From: Eukaryota sp. GEM-RC1
Lineage: Eukaryota
NCBI GenBank assembly: GCA_040285855.1
Contig: JAUFOQ010000010.1
Location: 1,178,001 to 1,242,000, forward strand
Direction: 5' to 3'
DNA length: 64,000 nucleotides
Positions 12,068 to 25,019 of the stretch are shown here, one piece after another. Numbering within the stretch: the first letter of the stretch is position 1; each line of letters opens with the position of its first letter. Below the pieces are notes generated by a model that saw only the letters and a program-made list of their open reading frames with translations, was not told where the DNA came from and did not search any database. The position numbers and the translations under genes were made by a program.

Positions 12068-12895
12068 GTAAAGACCACACGCCTGTAAATTAAAGCAATG
12101 TTGTTCATATAAATTTAAAGATTTAATATTCAGTACTTATAGATTTTGAAAAAGTGATTGTTCTCGTGTGAGCCAAACCACTCATAAACTCTACATGGTT
12201 TCTTATTGGCCTCACAATTGTCAGCACAGATAAACAAAACGTCCTTCAATGTAATTGAGGAACTGGCAGAATGAGCTGACTTACGGAAATGGCTGACACG
12301 TTCTGTTTTTATAGTGGCAATATCTGTAATGTTGATGAAGAAATCATGTGACTGGGACGGAAAGTCGATACACTCACGGATAACGGAGAATATCTGAGAC
12401 CACTCAGCTTGAAACTCAAGAAATAGTGAGTGGTTACTGATGTAAAGTAAAGTAATAAGGTCTGTAATTATATATATTTTTACTATTAAAACAAGATCAA
12501 AAACAAGAGATACTTCTTTATCTGCTCTGAAATAAGTAGATCATCTAGCATCTTTTAAAACAAAATTTGGTTTTGACTCAACCTCCACTAAAGATGAATC
12601 GTTCCTCAGATTTGTCTCCATCATCTAGTTTGATGACGTGTCATCACGTGTCGACACTCCTTCATCAATCTGATTTCAAACATCTCTATTTCCAACAGCT
12701 CTTGTAGGTTCTAGCTAAAGGAAAAATGTCCTTTAATGTAGTCGAAATTAAACTTCAATGACATAAAGACTGCAGAAATACTTTTGAGTTGAGGGTCAGT
12801 TTAGGCCAGAATTCATTGGCTGCAACAAGATCAAGCTTTAAGTCAGATAACTCCGTACGCATCAGACTTGTTGTTTTTGTATGTTAACTTTCCTT

Positions 12896-14260
12896 TCAAA
12901 CGAAGCAAATAGTCAACGAACCTTTAGACTGAGCTCTGGCGAGCTTAATGGAAGATGATAATGACATAAACAGACATGAAGAAGAAGAAAGAAAAATACT
13001 TTCTTTTCTACAAACATTGCTACAACTGTTACATACACAATGTGAAGTTTGAGATAATTTCTTGATTAACTCCTCCATCTTAAGAGGAAATTTTTTTTCA
13101 GGAGCAATAACGAGACAAACAGGAAATGGCCAATTGGATTCATTAGGGTAAGCAAAACCTTGTTCAATCAGAATGTCAAAATATCGGTTGGGTACACCCA
13201 GTTTCTCAAGGTGTTTCTTCCTAAGGGGTTTGCAGACTATGATTGACTCGTCTTTAAGGGGAATCCTCATTGGCTTACATAAAGTACCTTCGGGATGAGG
13301 GTAATCATTAAACACATCGGCAAAATTATGAACAGTATCAATGAGTTCCTGTGTTTTAGATTCAGGTAATTCAATGTGTGTACGTTTGTACTTAAGAATC
13401 TGTTTCAATTTCTAAATCTAGTATCTGCTTACAGTTTTTGGAAGCCATTAATTGAGACTGCAGAACTAATACGTTTAGGGTTTCCTTAACAAAGTTCGTG
13501 TCGAGGCAACGTATTATCTATATACAAAAGTTCGTTTGACCCAAAGTGATCAGTATGTCGCGTATTTTTGGCCCTAAGAAGATTTGAGTAGAAAGACTTC
13601 TTCTTTTAAGCAGAAACGACTTCTCTAAGATAACCGAAACTTCTTAAATTGACAACAGCTGATTGTTGAGAATTTTAGAACGTCAATCAGTGTGGACTGC
13701 TAAAAGAGCTCACTAAAAAAAGGGATCACTGATTCTTTCGGTTGAGACAGTTCCTGTATGCAGACAGTCGTGTTTCTGATATAATCTAATAGTTGCAGCT
13801 GATGAGGGTTGTTTCAAGACAGAAACATAGAGACCGAAGTTACACGATGCTTTAAGACATCATAGATTCAGATTCTTCCTGTCGCTTTGTTTTTAAAGTA
13901 GTGTTTTGCATTCATAGCTTTCGAACAACTGTATTTCTGACCTAAGAGCTTGTATTTATGCGTATTCCTGATTAACACATAAGATGTGTTTATCTGACAG
14001 AACGATTCTGTGTGGCTTAAAGCGACGGCAGGCCTTTCCACACATCCAATGCTGGAGTTTAAGGAAACTAGCTAAGAGAGGAGCAGCTCGAATTAGCGAA
14101 ACACAATCTGGATAACACTGTAACAAAGGAGACCCAGGAATCAGATCAGTTGTTTGTGGAAGGAAAGAAGAACCTCTGAGAACAAATAATGGTAATGATC
14201 AAAACAACTTCTGATCTAAGAAACAGTTCATGAAGGGATGTTCGGGTCCGTACAGCGGAA
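12896..14260 (-). mobile_element. Decayed Ty3/gypsy fragment (RT N-terminus, probable gag remnant); boundaries approximate
   Basis: IELPESK..DVFNDYPHPEGTLCKPMRIPL..FDILIEQGFA..PVCLV aligns with IELPKET..DVFGKPHPDGIKCKPMTIPF..FDDLIEDGFA..PIVLV of the intact element. Confidence 0.7.
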
Positions 14261-15156
14261 GAACAAGTCTCTTCATTATGTTTATTTGACCTGTTAAGAC
14301 TAAGTGATGTTTTTGAAGCTTTCCCTACTTTTAGTAATACAAATAAGTCATATTGAATGTGATTGTAATTGTTGGAAACAAATGTTGAAGACCTCTTTAG
14401 TTAGCTTAATATCATCTTTGTTTTCTCACACAATTTATAAGAATATGGACTTGAAAATTCTTGATATCGTAATTTCTTTAATAGCATTAGTTTTACATGG
14501 GTTTATTTTAGTCGAACAGAGTCAATGAAATTATTCAAAAATTATAATGTTTTGAAAAATATTGGTACTTTGTAGGTGTGTACATTCTTGTTTGAGTGAG
14601 AGAAGAAGGACGTTTTAATCAGCATTCACTTGACAACTCTTGGTCTTGTTAATTATAACAGCGTTGTTCTACTATTTTCGTCTAATTTTGAGACCAAACA
14701 AATGAAAATATATCACGAAACTTTGTGTTCAACAGTATTGTTCACAAATTATTTCAACAAATTTTACTTGCTGTTGAGTATTCTGGCTACATAAAATGGA
14801 GACACTGTCTGTATCTGAGTGAGACGAAGATCTAATGATTTTTAAAGTCATCATTGTATGCAAAAACACTATTGTCTGTAAATGGAAAACAACAAACCAG
14901 TTCAGCAGGTCTTTGTCTGAACATCACCTCCGTTTGCCATGTGTTCAACCATGAAAAATTAGTTCTTTTGTTTGAAAGCCAGAGTTTGAAGGTACTATTA
15001 CAGCATGTACTGTAAAAGTAGACATCCACACCAAACTTGTGGACCACTGAAACCCGTGTAATGTGAATGTGAATGTGAATGAAGCAGATTGACAAACACA
15101 ACACGGTGTGGTCTACAAGATTGATTCACCTCGGATTTCCCTTCACTCTACCTAAA

Positions 15157-16857
15157 ATGTCTAACCCCCAGTCTCCACTCAATAGTAGTCGTCCATCGGA
15201 TGATAGTGTTTCGGTTACTGACGTTGTTGAATGTAATAGAACATCTTCTAGTATCTCCTCTTCCCATCCTAGCGATAGTGCGTCATCCCCTTCGAGCTCC
15301 AATCTGCTGCACTTCCAACAGTCCCTACTTGTTCTCATTCACCTTCATTTTCTACGTCATATGTTAGCACCCCCTCTAGAATGGAATCAGTATGCTCCTC
15401 GTCGTTCTCTCAAAGATTTTATACTCTGGAAGAAAACCATACCTACATTCTTCAAGAAAGTTGGCTATGTCAGCCATCATTTCTTTGAATCCGCTCTACT
15501 CTCAACCAAGGTGTCCTTCGAATCAAAAACCTTTCATGCAACACCTGAAGATCTTCCTCAAATCTCTTCATTTGCTTCTTTCTTTGGAGCAGAGAAACAA
15601 TCAGTTTTCTTACACGTATACAGGAGTTTTAATGTTGACGAATTTCTTAGTTACTCTCATGTAATCTCAGGATTAAAATTGAAACTAAAGTACCACCGTG
15701 ACCTAGAGTTTCTTAACAACTCGGCCTTGTTATTTCCACGTCTTAAGCAACTTCGTGTTGCTGTCCGCGCTTCTATTTCTATGTCGCTTATAGAATTGTT
15801 GAAAGTTAATACTACGGTTACATTTGTTGTTCTGTATGGAAATTTAATTGAAGATGAAGGTGCTAGAGCTTTGGCAGATGCGTTAAAAGTTAATGTTACA
15901 GTTACAAGTATTAATCTTGGTGAAAACTCTATTTTTGATGAAGGTGCTAGAGCTTTGGCAGATGCGTTAAAAGTTAATGATACAGTTACAAGTATTAATC
16001 TAGGTGCCAACTTTATTGGCGATGAAGGTGCTAGAGCTTTGGCAGAGGTGTTAAAAGTTAATGATACATTTACAAGTATTAATCTAGGTGACAACTCTAT
16101 CACATTTGAAGGCGCTAGAGCTTTTGCAGATGCTTTAAAAGTTAATACTGTAGTTACAAATGTTGTTCTGTATGGAAACTCAATTGAAGATGAAGGTGCT
16201 AGAGCTTTGGCAGATGCGTTAAAAGTTAATGATACAGTTACAACTATTAATCTATTTGACAACTCTATTGGTGATGAAGGTGCTAAAGCTTTGGCAGATG
16301 CGTTAAAAGTTAATAGTACAGTTACAAGTATTGGTCTTGGTGTGAACTCTATTACATATGAGGGTGCTAGAGCTTTGGCAGATGCATTAAAGGTTAATAA
16401 TGTTGTTACTAATGTTGTTCTGTATGGAAACTCAATTGGACCTGAAGGTGCTAGAGCTTTGGCAGATGTGTTGAAAGTCAATACTGTAGTTACAAGTATT
16501 GATCTGGGTTCATGTCTTATTGGACCTGAAGGTGCTAGAGCTTTGGCAGATGTGTTGAAAGTCAATAATGTAGTTACAAGTATTGATCTGTGTTCAAACC
16601 ATATTGGACCTGAAGGCGCTAGAGCTTTGGCAGATGTGTTGAAAGTCAATACTATAATTACCAGTATTAATCTAGGTGACAACTCTATTGGTGATGAAGG
16701 TGCTGGAGCTTTGGCAGATTCGTTCAAAGTTAATGATACAGTTACAAGTATTAATCTTGGTGAGAACTCTATTACATATGAAGGTGCTGAAGCTTTGTCA
16801 GATGCGTTAAAAGTTAATAGCACAGTTAAAATAGCTGGAGTCCATCAACTCAATTGA
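15157..16857 (+). CDS. LRR family A protein (Ser-rich leader, 12 LRRs)
   Basis: ORF 15079-16857; start moved to ATG 15157 (MSNPQSP) by comparison with paralogues at 4941 and 35056. Confidence 0.9.
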   Translation: MSNPQSPLNSSRPSDDSVSVTDVVECNRTSSSISSSHPSDSASSPSSSNLLHFQQSLLVLIHLHFLRHMLAPPLEWNQYAPRRSLKDFILWKKTIPTFFKKVGYVSHHFFESALLSTKVSFESKTFHATPEDLPQISSFASFFGAEKQSVFLHVYRSFNVDEFLSYSHVISGLKLKLKYHRDLEFLNNSALLFPRLKQLRVAVRASISMSLIELLKVNTTVTFVVLYGNLIEDEGARALADALKVNVTVTSINLGENSIFDEGARALADALKVNDTVTSINLGANFIGDEGARALAEVLKVNDTFTSINLGDNSITFEGARAFADALKVNTVVTNVVLYGNSIEDEGARALADALKVNDTVTTINLFDNSIGDEGAKALADALKVNSTVTSIGLGVNSITYEGARALADALKVNNVVTNVVLYGNSIGPEGARALADVLKVNTVVTSIDLGSCLIGPEGARALADVLKVNNVVTSIDLCSNHIGPEGARALADVLKVNTIITSINLGDNSIGDEGAGALADSFKVNDTVTSINLGENSITYEGAEALSDALKVNSTVKIAGVHQLN

Positions 16858-17279
16858 TAGTAGTCAACATGTATTAGGTGTATATATATAAACCCGTTCT
16901 AAATTTTCTTTTCAAAAGTAGAGAATTTCAACTACACTTTAAGAATTAATAGTATTCTTTATTCATTTTTCTCCAGCCATCAAATGATATGATGGACCAA
17001 ATCACTAGTGGGCTGATCCAACATGTAAAAGTTTACTACTTCTCAAGTTCTCATGATTGCTGTTTTGGACACTTAACTTCTATCAAAACAGTCAAAAACA
17101 CTGTTTCTACATGAAATTTGTGCAGATGTAGCATCAAAACCGCAGATGTTGGTCTTTGTGCACGATGGTTCAACATACAGTAAGAGGAGAACCTTTGTAT
17201 AGGAAAGAACCTGTCTAGATGTAAGAGGGAAAATAAAAACCTAATATGAAATTACACAAATCTACAACTACAAAACTGC

Positions 17280-20013
17280 CTTTTCTTCTTATTGAGTAAT
17301 TCATATTATATAAATAAACTAATGAGATGTACGATCTCTTGTTTTCATACGGTGTTGGTTGCGAGCTACAACAGGGGCTTGTGTTGTTGAGCTTTCCAGG
17401 CGGCGTCTAGTTTGGAATTAGCACGGGCAGTTTAATGACCTCTAGCTTGAGAAGGATCGTCGATATACTTTTTGCGGAAAGCGTAGTAAGCAGCGGTATT
17501 TTCTACAGAGCGGCCTTCCAGGTGGTAGTACCGTCTAGCCAGAGGACTACAGGTACTTGGGATCTTGAGGAGTGGTCAAGTCATGATCAATAAGTTTGTA
17601 GATGGCAACTTCTTCGGAGTTTGTTGCGCCAAAGGCTTGTAAAACGTTTTCAGAGTGGTTAGTGTGGCATTTCTTGACGTGGTAGAGATGAACATTTGAC
17701 AGAAATTCCTGTGATTAGATTACGGATTAGGCGATTCGAAGGGTGATAGAAAACGACCTCAACTAAGTTAGGGCCAGTCCACTTTCCATTGCTCTTGGAT
17801 GGGTGTTGACTAAGCTTTAAGACGAAACCACCTGATTGGATATCATCGATGAGCTTCTTGTTAGTGGCACATTTTCTGAATGAAAGGGATCTGCTGTTGA
17901 GATTAGAGGAGTTTTCTGCATCTTTCTATTTGTTTAGAATGGTTGAGGTCTTTTGTTTCCAGGACGTCCAATTAAGAGTTAGAGAATAAGTGGTCATCTA
18001 GCGTACAGTTCTGGATGATTTGAAGGGGAAGTTGTGTGGGGTTAGTTTTTGAACCGACAATTAGTTCGAAAGAAGTAAAATTTGTGATTGAACTAGAATG
18101 TAAGTACTGCAGCTAGAATGGGATTGGAGGTCGATAAGCAGACGGGGAAGAGTTTGCAGGACATCACGGTGTCTCCTTTCTACTAACCCGTTAGATTGAT
18201 CAAAATATGGGGCGAAGAACTTCTTTTCAATGTTACTGAGCTTTTGTTAACAGCGTTAGCAAATTCAGAGTTCGTTGTCACTTAGGATTTGCGACAAAAT
18301 GCCATATTTACCGACCCCGTTTCAGAGGATGGTGTAGTTTACTTCCTGGGCATTAGGGATTTTCAGAGGAACCAGTATTGTGAATCTGTAGAATGAGCAG
18401 ACGAATACTAGGATTTATTTGATGTTTGCTGAGTCCGGGGAGATCAAGCCAATTACGTCAGCGTATAGGCATTGGAAGGGGCGGTCTGACCAAAGATTTC
18501 CAGAGTAGGGGAGTTTCAATTTAGGAGCAGGCGCGGTCTTTTGATAAGGAATGCAATTTTTTACGTGAGATTTCAAAAGTCTTGTTTCTTGAAAGCGGTA
18601 TTAGAAGAACTAGGATTAGTAGTGAAGACTTATGGGGGAGCAGTCACACATTGGTCCAAGGCACTTTCGGCAGAGATGAACTTGCGGTGTTATTCATCTA
18701 GTCTAATATAGACTCCATTAGAGTTCAAAAGTCCAAGTTTGGTGAGAATGTCACAGCCAATTAGGGGGTTCGTTGCGGCCGGGCAGGATGGGCACAGTAG
18801 ATTTTAGGTGGACCTTTTTGGCTGGTTCGTCAAAGAAGAAGTTAAGGTAACCACAGGCAAGTCCAGGAGAATAAATCATAGATTGGTTGACTAAAGATTC
18901 GGGAATTTCGTTGTTCGTAATCTCCATCTTGGTGGCAGAGACATGGCCGTGTATGAAACATGAAGTTTTTGCAGGTGTAGCGATCGTGCTTTCTACAGGA
19001 ACACCATTAATAGTAAAATGAACTTTTAGAAAATTGTTAAAATATGAAAGTTTGGAAATGGAAGGGTTGAAGTAGAAGTTGTGGAAACTGCATTCACAGA
19101 ATTTCTTTGTGCATCATCAATATTCAAAATCTACAGGGAGACGTAAAGGGATGTGATCCACGAGCTGAGGTTCTGGAATGACAGTATTCACGGCGTTGAC
19201 TTGTTGTTGCCTAGTGGCACGAGTATTCGGACGGCGGTTGGTAGTGGGGTCTCTTGAGTTCCGACGATGAGGAGGCTGGTTTCTAGGAGCGTTTTGAAGG
19301 GCGTTTTTACGAGCGGGGGTCCAGCGAAGCGGCTTTGTTGAGCGGAGAACTGTGGAGTAGATAAAGGGCGATGATATCTGGTAGCGCAACAACTGGGGTC
19401 TAAAAAATCGGCTTTGACATGTCTAGGTTCTTAAAAGTACGCGAAAATGAGGCGAGAAGAGGGAAAAGGAGGTCCAAAGGAACGATCGGAATGGTTACGA
19501 GGGCGACGGTTATTGGGATGACGAGTGCTAGGAATTGGTTGAGATGAGAGATGTTCTTCAAGGGAGTAGGACAATTGAATGGTAGCAACAAGTTGGCGAG
19601 TTAGGCTGAGAACTTCTTCATGAAAAGAAATACATCTATTCTTGAAAGAATAAAAGACACGGGAATAGACAGAGGAAGGTGTGATTCATCGGATGAAGCA
19701 GGAAAGCAAGAGGTCTTCTTTGTAAATGAGATGAGAAATTTGTTTCTTGAGGTCTTGAAACATCAGACTGTAATCAGCTTGACGCATGGAGAATTTTCTG
19801 ATGGAAGCATTCATGGAGATCTTGGCAAGCAGTCGGTAGGTGAGAACTTCATCATGTATGAGAGAGTTGGAATAGATCCAGGCTAGGAGCTTTTCGTTGT
19901 CCTTTTCAGCTTCGGGGCAAAGGAGAGGAATGGCAGACATGAAGCGAGGACTGATGAACAGTCGGATAAAGGGCACGAGACATCTCATTTCTGGCGCAAT
20001 ACACATGCAAACA
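17280..20013 (-). mobile_element. Decayed, internally deleted Ty3/gypsy element (gag, protease, integrase remnants; RT not seen); boundaries approximate
   Basis: Minus-strand fragments SNGLVERRHRDV (~18190), LWSDRPFQCLYADVIG (~18470), INGVPVESTIA..TSCF (~18990), FIRLFISPRFMSAIPLLCP (gag-like); purine tract near 17281-17290; many stops. Confidence 0.75.
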
Positions 20014-21198
20014 TAGAGCTGTCAAACGGTTCGGCTCAAGCCGTAAACCGAACGACTTGAGCCAAACCATATCGAAATTTGGTTCGCCTTACTCAAATGG
20101 CTCAAGCCAAAGCCGAACAAGTTTGGATTTCTCCAAGCCAAACCATTCGGCTCAAGCCGCGGCTTGAACTTACTTCGAAGAAATGAACAAGTTGACCAAG
20201 TTCATTGCATACATCGATTCATAAGACGTACAAACAAATACAAAAAGGAATAGACAAACCGCTAGCACACTCATAATTGTGATCATTACTGATAAAATTG
20301 GTTCCAATCTTCAGAATCTTCCTTATATTAGTAACTCTTTTCCACAGTGAAGGAACGTCATTTCAGTGACCTTAAACTGAATCTTTCAATTTACAATTAC
20401 TCAAAAACTTCTTACAGCATATGTACAATGCTACCAAATTACTTTCAGGCTCGCAGTACATTACAGTTCTCATGATGACTAGTGTCTGAGACAAATTCAC
20501 ATCAAAGATACTCACCCCTTCTGCGTCATCACCTGAATGGCTGAAAAATGCTTGTAACGTTACATGTCTTTTGGTTAACAAGTATCATCCTTTTGTACTT
20601 TTGTGTATGATATGACAACTTTGATATCAATGTTCTTTGATCCACGTTTTGCTTGGATGAATATGGTAGCTACTATGAGAACTGAATCATACTTTCCGAC
20701 ATTTAAAGCAATGTACCATTTAAAGAAGGAAGATCATCTAAACGCTGGTCTAACGTACAGAACAATAGCATTGACGATGACGGTGCTGTTGATAACGATG
20801 TCATTGTTGTTGAAGACGAGAGTAATGTTGATGCTGTCTTTGATGACGATGATTCCGATAAGGAAGTGTTTTTAGAATCTCTTCAAAGTCAATTACAGCT
20901 ATGAATTAGTTGATTGTAGTGATGACGAAAACGATGAATATGCTCCTTCTTTAGATTCATAAGACCTAAAGGTGCTCATCAACCTTTGTACTATAAAATC
21001 AGTAGTTTTTGAGGAGTTTCTACAATAAAAACAACTATTCAAATTGATTTTTTTATCAAACCGAAAAAATATCGGTTTGGCTCGGCTTCAAGTGGACTTG
21101 TCACTTTGGTTCGGCTTACTCAAATGGTTCAAGCCAAAGCCGAACCAGTTTGGAATTTTACAAGCCAAACCATTCGGCTCAAGCCGTTGACAGCTCTA
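20014..21198. mobile_element. Non-autonomous hAT element
   Basis: TIR tagagctgtcaa / ttgacagctcta; exact 8-bp TSD tgcaaaca at 20006-20013 and 21199-21206; subterminal ggctcaagcc repeats at both ends. Confidence 0.92.
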
Positions 21199-22943
21199 TG
21201 CAAACATAAACACCGCAAAAGAACTACATGTAATTAATTTCAACATCAGCTTGTGTTTATCATTTGTAAATAGTTCATATCTTCATCAAAGTTACAGCTC
21301 AAGGAAATTTAGAACGGGTTCAGGATAAAATCCCATTAATTCAAAACCATATTCTTTACAAATATTTGATACATATGTCAGGATTGTTTAGTTCATTTCA
21401 ATATTTGGATTAGTAATATCAATATCCAATGCTCGTTGTTGAATCATTTCATGACACCATTCACAACATAAATCACCACCAACATCATATGTTGGGCCAT
21501 CTTCACCCAAATTATGTTTACAATAAACTATATGCTTTTTAGGTAATATAAATTATCTTTTAATTTTTGGAAACTTGGATCATGCTTTTTCTTCATCAAC
21601 TTTTACGTAATCAATAAATTCACCTACCATTTCAAAATCACTATCAATTTCTGGATAATCAATCTTAATTGTGCCAATTTCAAATGTTATTTGTTTTTGG
21701 TAGGATGTTTTGGATTTATTATCGTTGGATTAATTTCATTTTCTTTATCAATATAATTAACCAAAATTCTAAAAGTTTTTAGATACGTTAACAAAACATC
21801 AACATCCTAATATAGCATTTTAAATTTATATAAATCTTGATGAGATTTTAATACATAATAACCAACTGTTTTTACAAATTTAGATTCATGGATTATATGA
21901 TCTTCAGGATTTTTTTGATTTAAATCACTTTCATTAATATAGCGATTAACCTATATGTCTGTACCTTCTTCAATGAGTGGAATTATAAATTCATATTTAA
22001 AAAATTGCTTTCGTCTGTAGTGGGTAGATTGAGTGTGTAGGTACCGCTGGACAATTCTGATTGTAGGAGCTTTATAACCGCTGCAGCCAATCCCAATTCA
22101 TACTCAATTTTGTCTGAATATAGGCAATATATACCAATACATTGTTTTTCTTCAAGTAAATAAATGAACAGCAGTTTTTTATTTAATATTTTCCGTCTAT
22201 TTAAATGTATGTTGTAAAAGGTATTATTTCATTATCCTCATCAAATTTAGCATGAAACAATGTCATGGAAAATCGAGGAACGGTTGATAGAGAAGGAAAG
22301 AAGGATCGACAGATGTTTGAAGCGAAAAATTGGTTACTAAAGCGAGGTGGTACTAAACCGCGGGAAGACTGTAGGCGTAAAATATGTTAAACAGATATCG
22401 CAAGTGATTCTAGATTCACATCTATGCAACAATTAATCTGAAAGTTCATTGTAGTATATAGCTGTTCACACGCAACAAAGAAGACAGAATGTAAATGTGA
22501 TCTCTTGTATTCGTTCAAGATTGAGTCATATACATCGTACAAAAATACATACAGAGTAGTAAGAATTGATCGAGGTTGTTCCTCATTTCGAATAAAACAC
22601 CATGTATTGTGTATTTCGACCCCCATAAGCATCACAAATATCACGTCACAAATAACACGTCACAAAAAGTATGAAACCCAAGTACAATGTATGTTTAAAG
22701 CAGTACTTCGATGACTCATCACGTCATCTCCTGTAAAAATCAATCTAAACACAAGTAGCTGTCAGTTGTTCATCCAATACCATAAGCGTTGTGAATCTTA
22801 TAGATGTGATCAACCGCTCAATAACGAGCAGTCAAAATCAAAAACGTCATTATGTAATGTAGAACAATGATATCTTTTAGAAAAACCTGCGAAAATTAAA
22901 ATAGTCTGTGGATTATAATTTCTGATTGACAAACATTTAAATT

Positions 22944-25000
22944 TTAACCCATTTTATTTACCCAAATAATAGAATTAAAAAACAACTTGTGTCCATCAGT
23001 TGAACTAGGCCAATTAAATAAACCACAGTTACCGTCACTTGAACAACTAAAACACCCAAACTCTACAAGTCTACCTCCACCAACTTCTTTCTTTGCAATT
23101 AAAGGAATTCCATAGTTAACAGTAGCTAACAGAGTTGCATTAACAGACTTTTGAGTTTGAAAACCACAGTTAGTAGAGAAACTGTTTACATTAAGAAAAA
23201 TAGGATCATTTGGTAGAGTTTTTACCATGTCACGTTGGGTTTTTTGATTGGTAAGATAACCAAACGAATCCCCAACTCCATTAAAGCAAGAATTACTAAA
23301 TCCTCCTTTAATATAACTTGGACAACTATTAAACAAAACCAAACCCTTACCTTGGTTTAAAAACTGGTCAAGAAATTGACCCGGACAAAGACACCAGAGA
23401 CTTTCAACAACTAAAACATCATAGTTTTCAAGTTCTTCAAAGCTTCGTACTTTACTGGTGAATGAATTAATTGAAAGATTAACATGTCCCCAATTTTCAG
23501 CAAAACCTTTTTTAATTTTGTCAGTGAGATCGCTTACATAATCTTGATACCAAACACAAACTCCAACATTAATTGTTCTTAAAGTAATCTCCCTGCCCAA
23601 GAATTTTCGACCAATTACTTGAATTTCATCTCCAGCAAAATTTTCAAGGACAACTTTTTCCAACCAAATTGTCCTGTTTTGATTTGAGAAATTTTCTAAA
23701 TTAGTTCTCGATAATAAATTACCAGGAATAACTGGAATTTCGGGAACACTTTCAAAAGAGAAATTGTTGATTACTTTTGACAATAATTCTACATTGGAAT
23801 GTTCAACAAAAGTACCAACTAGAGCAAGAAATTCTTCTTCAGTTAGTGAATTAAACTCTAGTTTTGCAAACATTAAATTGGTTAATTCAGGGTTATGATT
23901 TTTAATCCACCTAAAGTGAGAAATTGAAATAGTTTGAGAGTTATTGATGAAATTATTCAATAATTTGAGTTTTAATTCTTGCGGAATTTCAAGTACCACG
24001 AGTTCTTGTAATTCTGAGAAATTGACAGAAAAATCATTGGAAATTTGAGCAATTTTTAATATTTTCTTGGATTTTGAAGACACATCAAACATATCAACAT
24101 CAATTAAATCTTTCTTCACCAATTTGGACATCAATTTCAAATGAAAAGACGTTGCACTTTCTTCAATGAATTCAAAGCTTTCAATAAATGATTGTTTAAA
24201 GCTTTTTAAAACCTCTAAAGCATTTTCAATAAACTCATCGCCTTTGTCTCTCAACTCTTTGTTAAAAGTTAGAGCACAACTAACGGTATTTCCAGTAGTA
24301 AGATCAACAATCTTTTGAGATGATTCTCTAACCAAGTTGTTGATCAAGTCATAAAGAATTGTCTGAGTATTGACGAGAACTTCAGCAACAACCTTTTCTA
24401 CTTCTTCTTTATTTCCAGAGACTTTCGAAGTTGCATTGGACAATGAGAGGTGGAGCTCTTTGACTTGGAGTTCAAAGTCTTCTTTGGCTTGTGAAAGAGG
24501 AATCAATTCCTCACAGTGTTTAGCGTGACCCATTGAAGGTCCACACGAGTCGCATATAGATACCAAACACTTAGTGCAGAAGTGTTCGAGGGGTTTAGAG
24601 AGGTGGCGAGGGCATTTGAAAGAAGAGATTGTGGGTTTTTGGTTGATATGAACAACTGAGTGGGTTCGCAAGGCTTTTGGTCGGTGAATAGCAGAAGAAC
24701 AGTCTTCACAGTAACTGGCATCACAGTCAGCACAGAAAAGAGTGGCAGGAGCTTCTTCACATTCAAAACAGATGGCCGCATCTTGCTTTGAGTTTTTAGC
24801 AATTTCAATAGCGTCACGTAAAGCGATGTTTACACGGAGAGGCGCGGAAGGTATTGGTTCTCGACATACGGGACAAGAAGCCGCTTCTTTTTGTTTTAAC
24901 CATTGCACAAGACATTTGTCACGGCAAAACTGTGGCCACACGGAAGCGTGGTCGGATTCTCCATTAGTTCTTCGCATACGTAACATTCAAGATGAGACAT
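22944..25000 (-). CDS. TRIM-like E3 ligase: RING, B-box, B-box, coiled coil, C-terminal alpha/beta domain; one apparent frameshift in the RING
   Basis: ATG 25000 gives MSHLECYVCEELMENPTTLPCGHSF; one extra base at the A4 run 24926-24929 joins it to CRDKCLVQW..CPVCR, completing a C3HC4 RING. Then CFECE..CADC..CEDC..H..H and CPRH..CTKC..CDSC..H..H. Confidence 0.88.
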
Positions 25001-25019
25001 TGAAGAAGGTTTTTATTAA

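Noticed and set aside
15657..16823. Long antisense ORFs (also 50115-51059, 3671-4330, 33795-34109)
   Set aside because: Shadows of the repeated LRR codons, which lack stops on the opposite strand.
15800..16830. CRISPR-like alternation of constant and variable DNA with 84-nt period
   Set aside because: It is in-frame coding LRR sequence (28 aa per unit) in a eukaryotic context; no cas genes.
22320..22372. pogo-like right end (cgcgggaagactg|ta)
   Set aside because: No matching left TIR found.
24930..24986. ORF-track N-terminus MLRMRRTNGESDHASVWPQ
   Set aside because: Wrong frame; the alternative frame from ATG 25000 supplies the first half of the RING.
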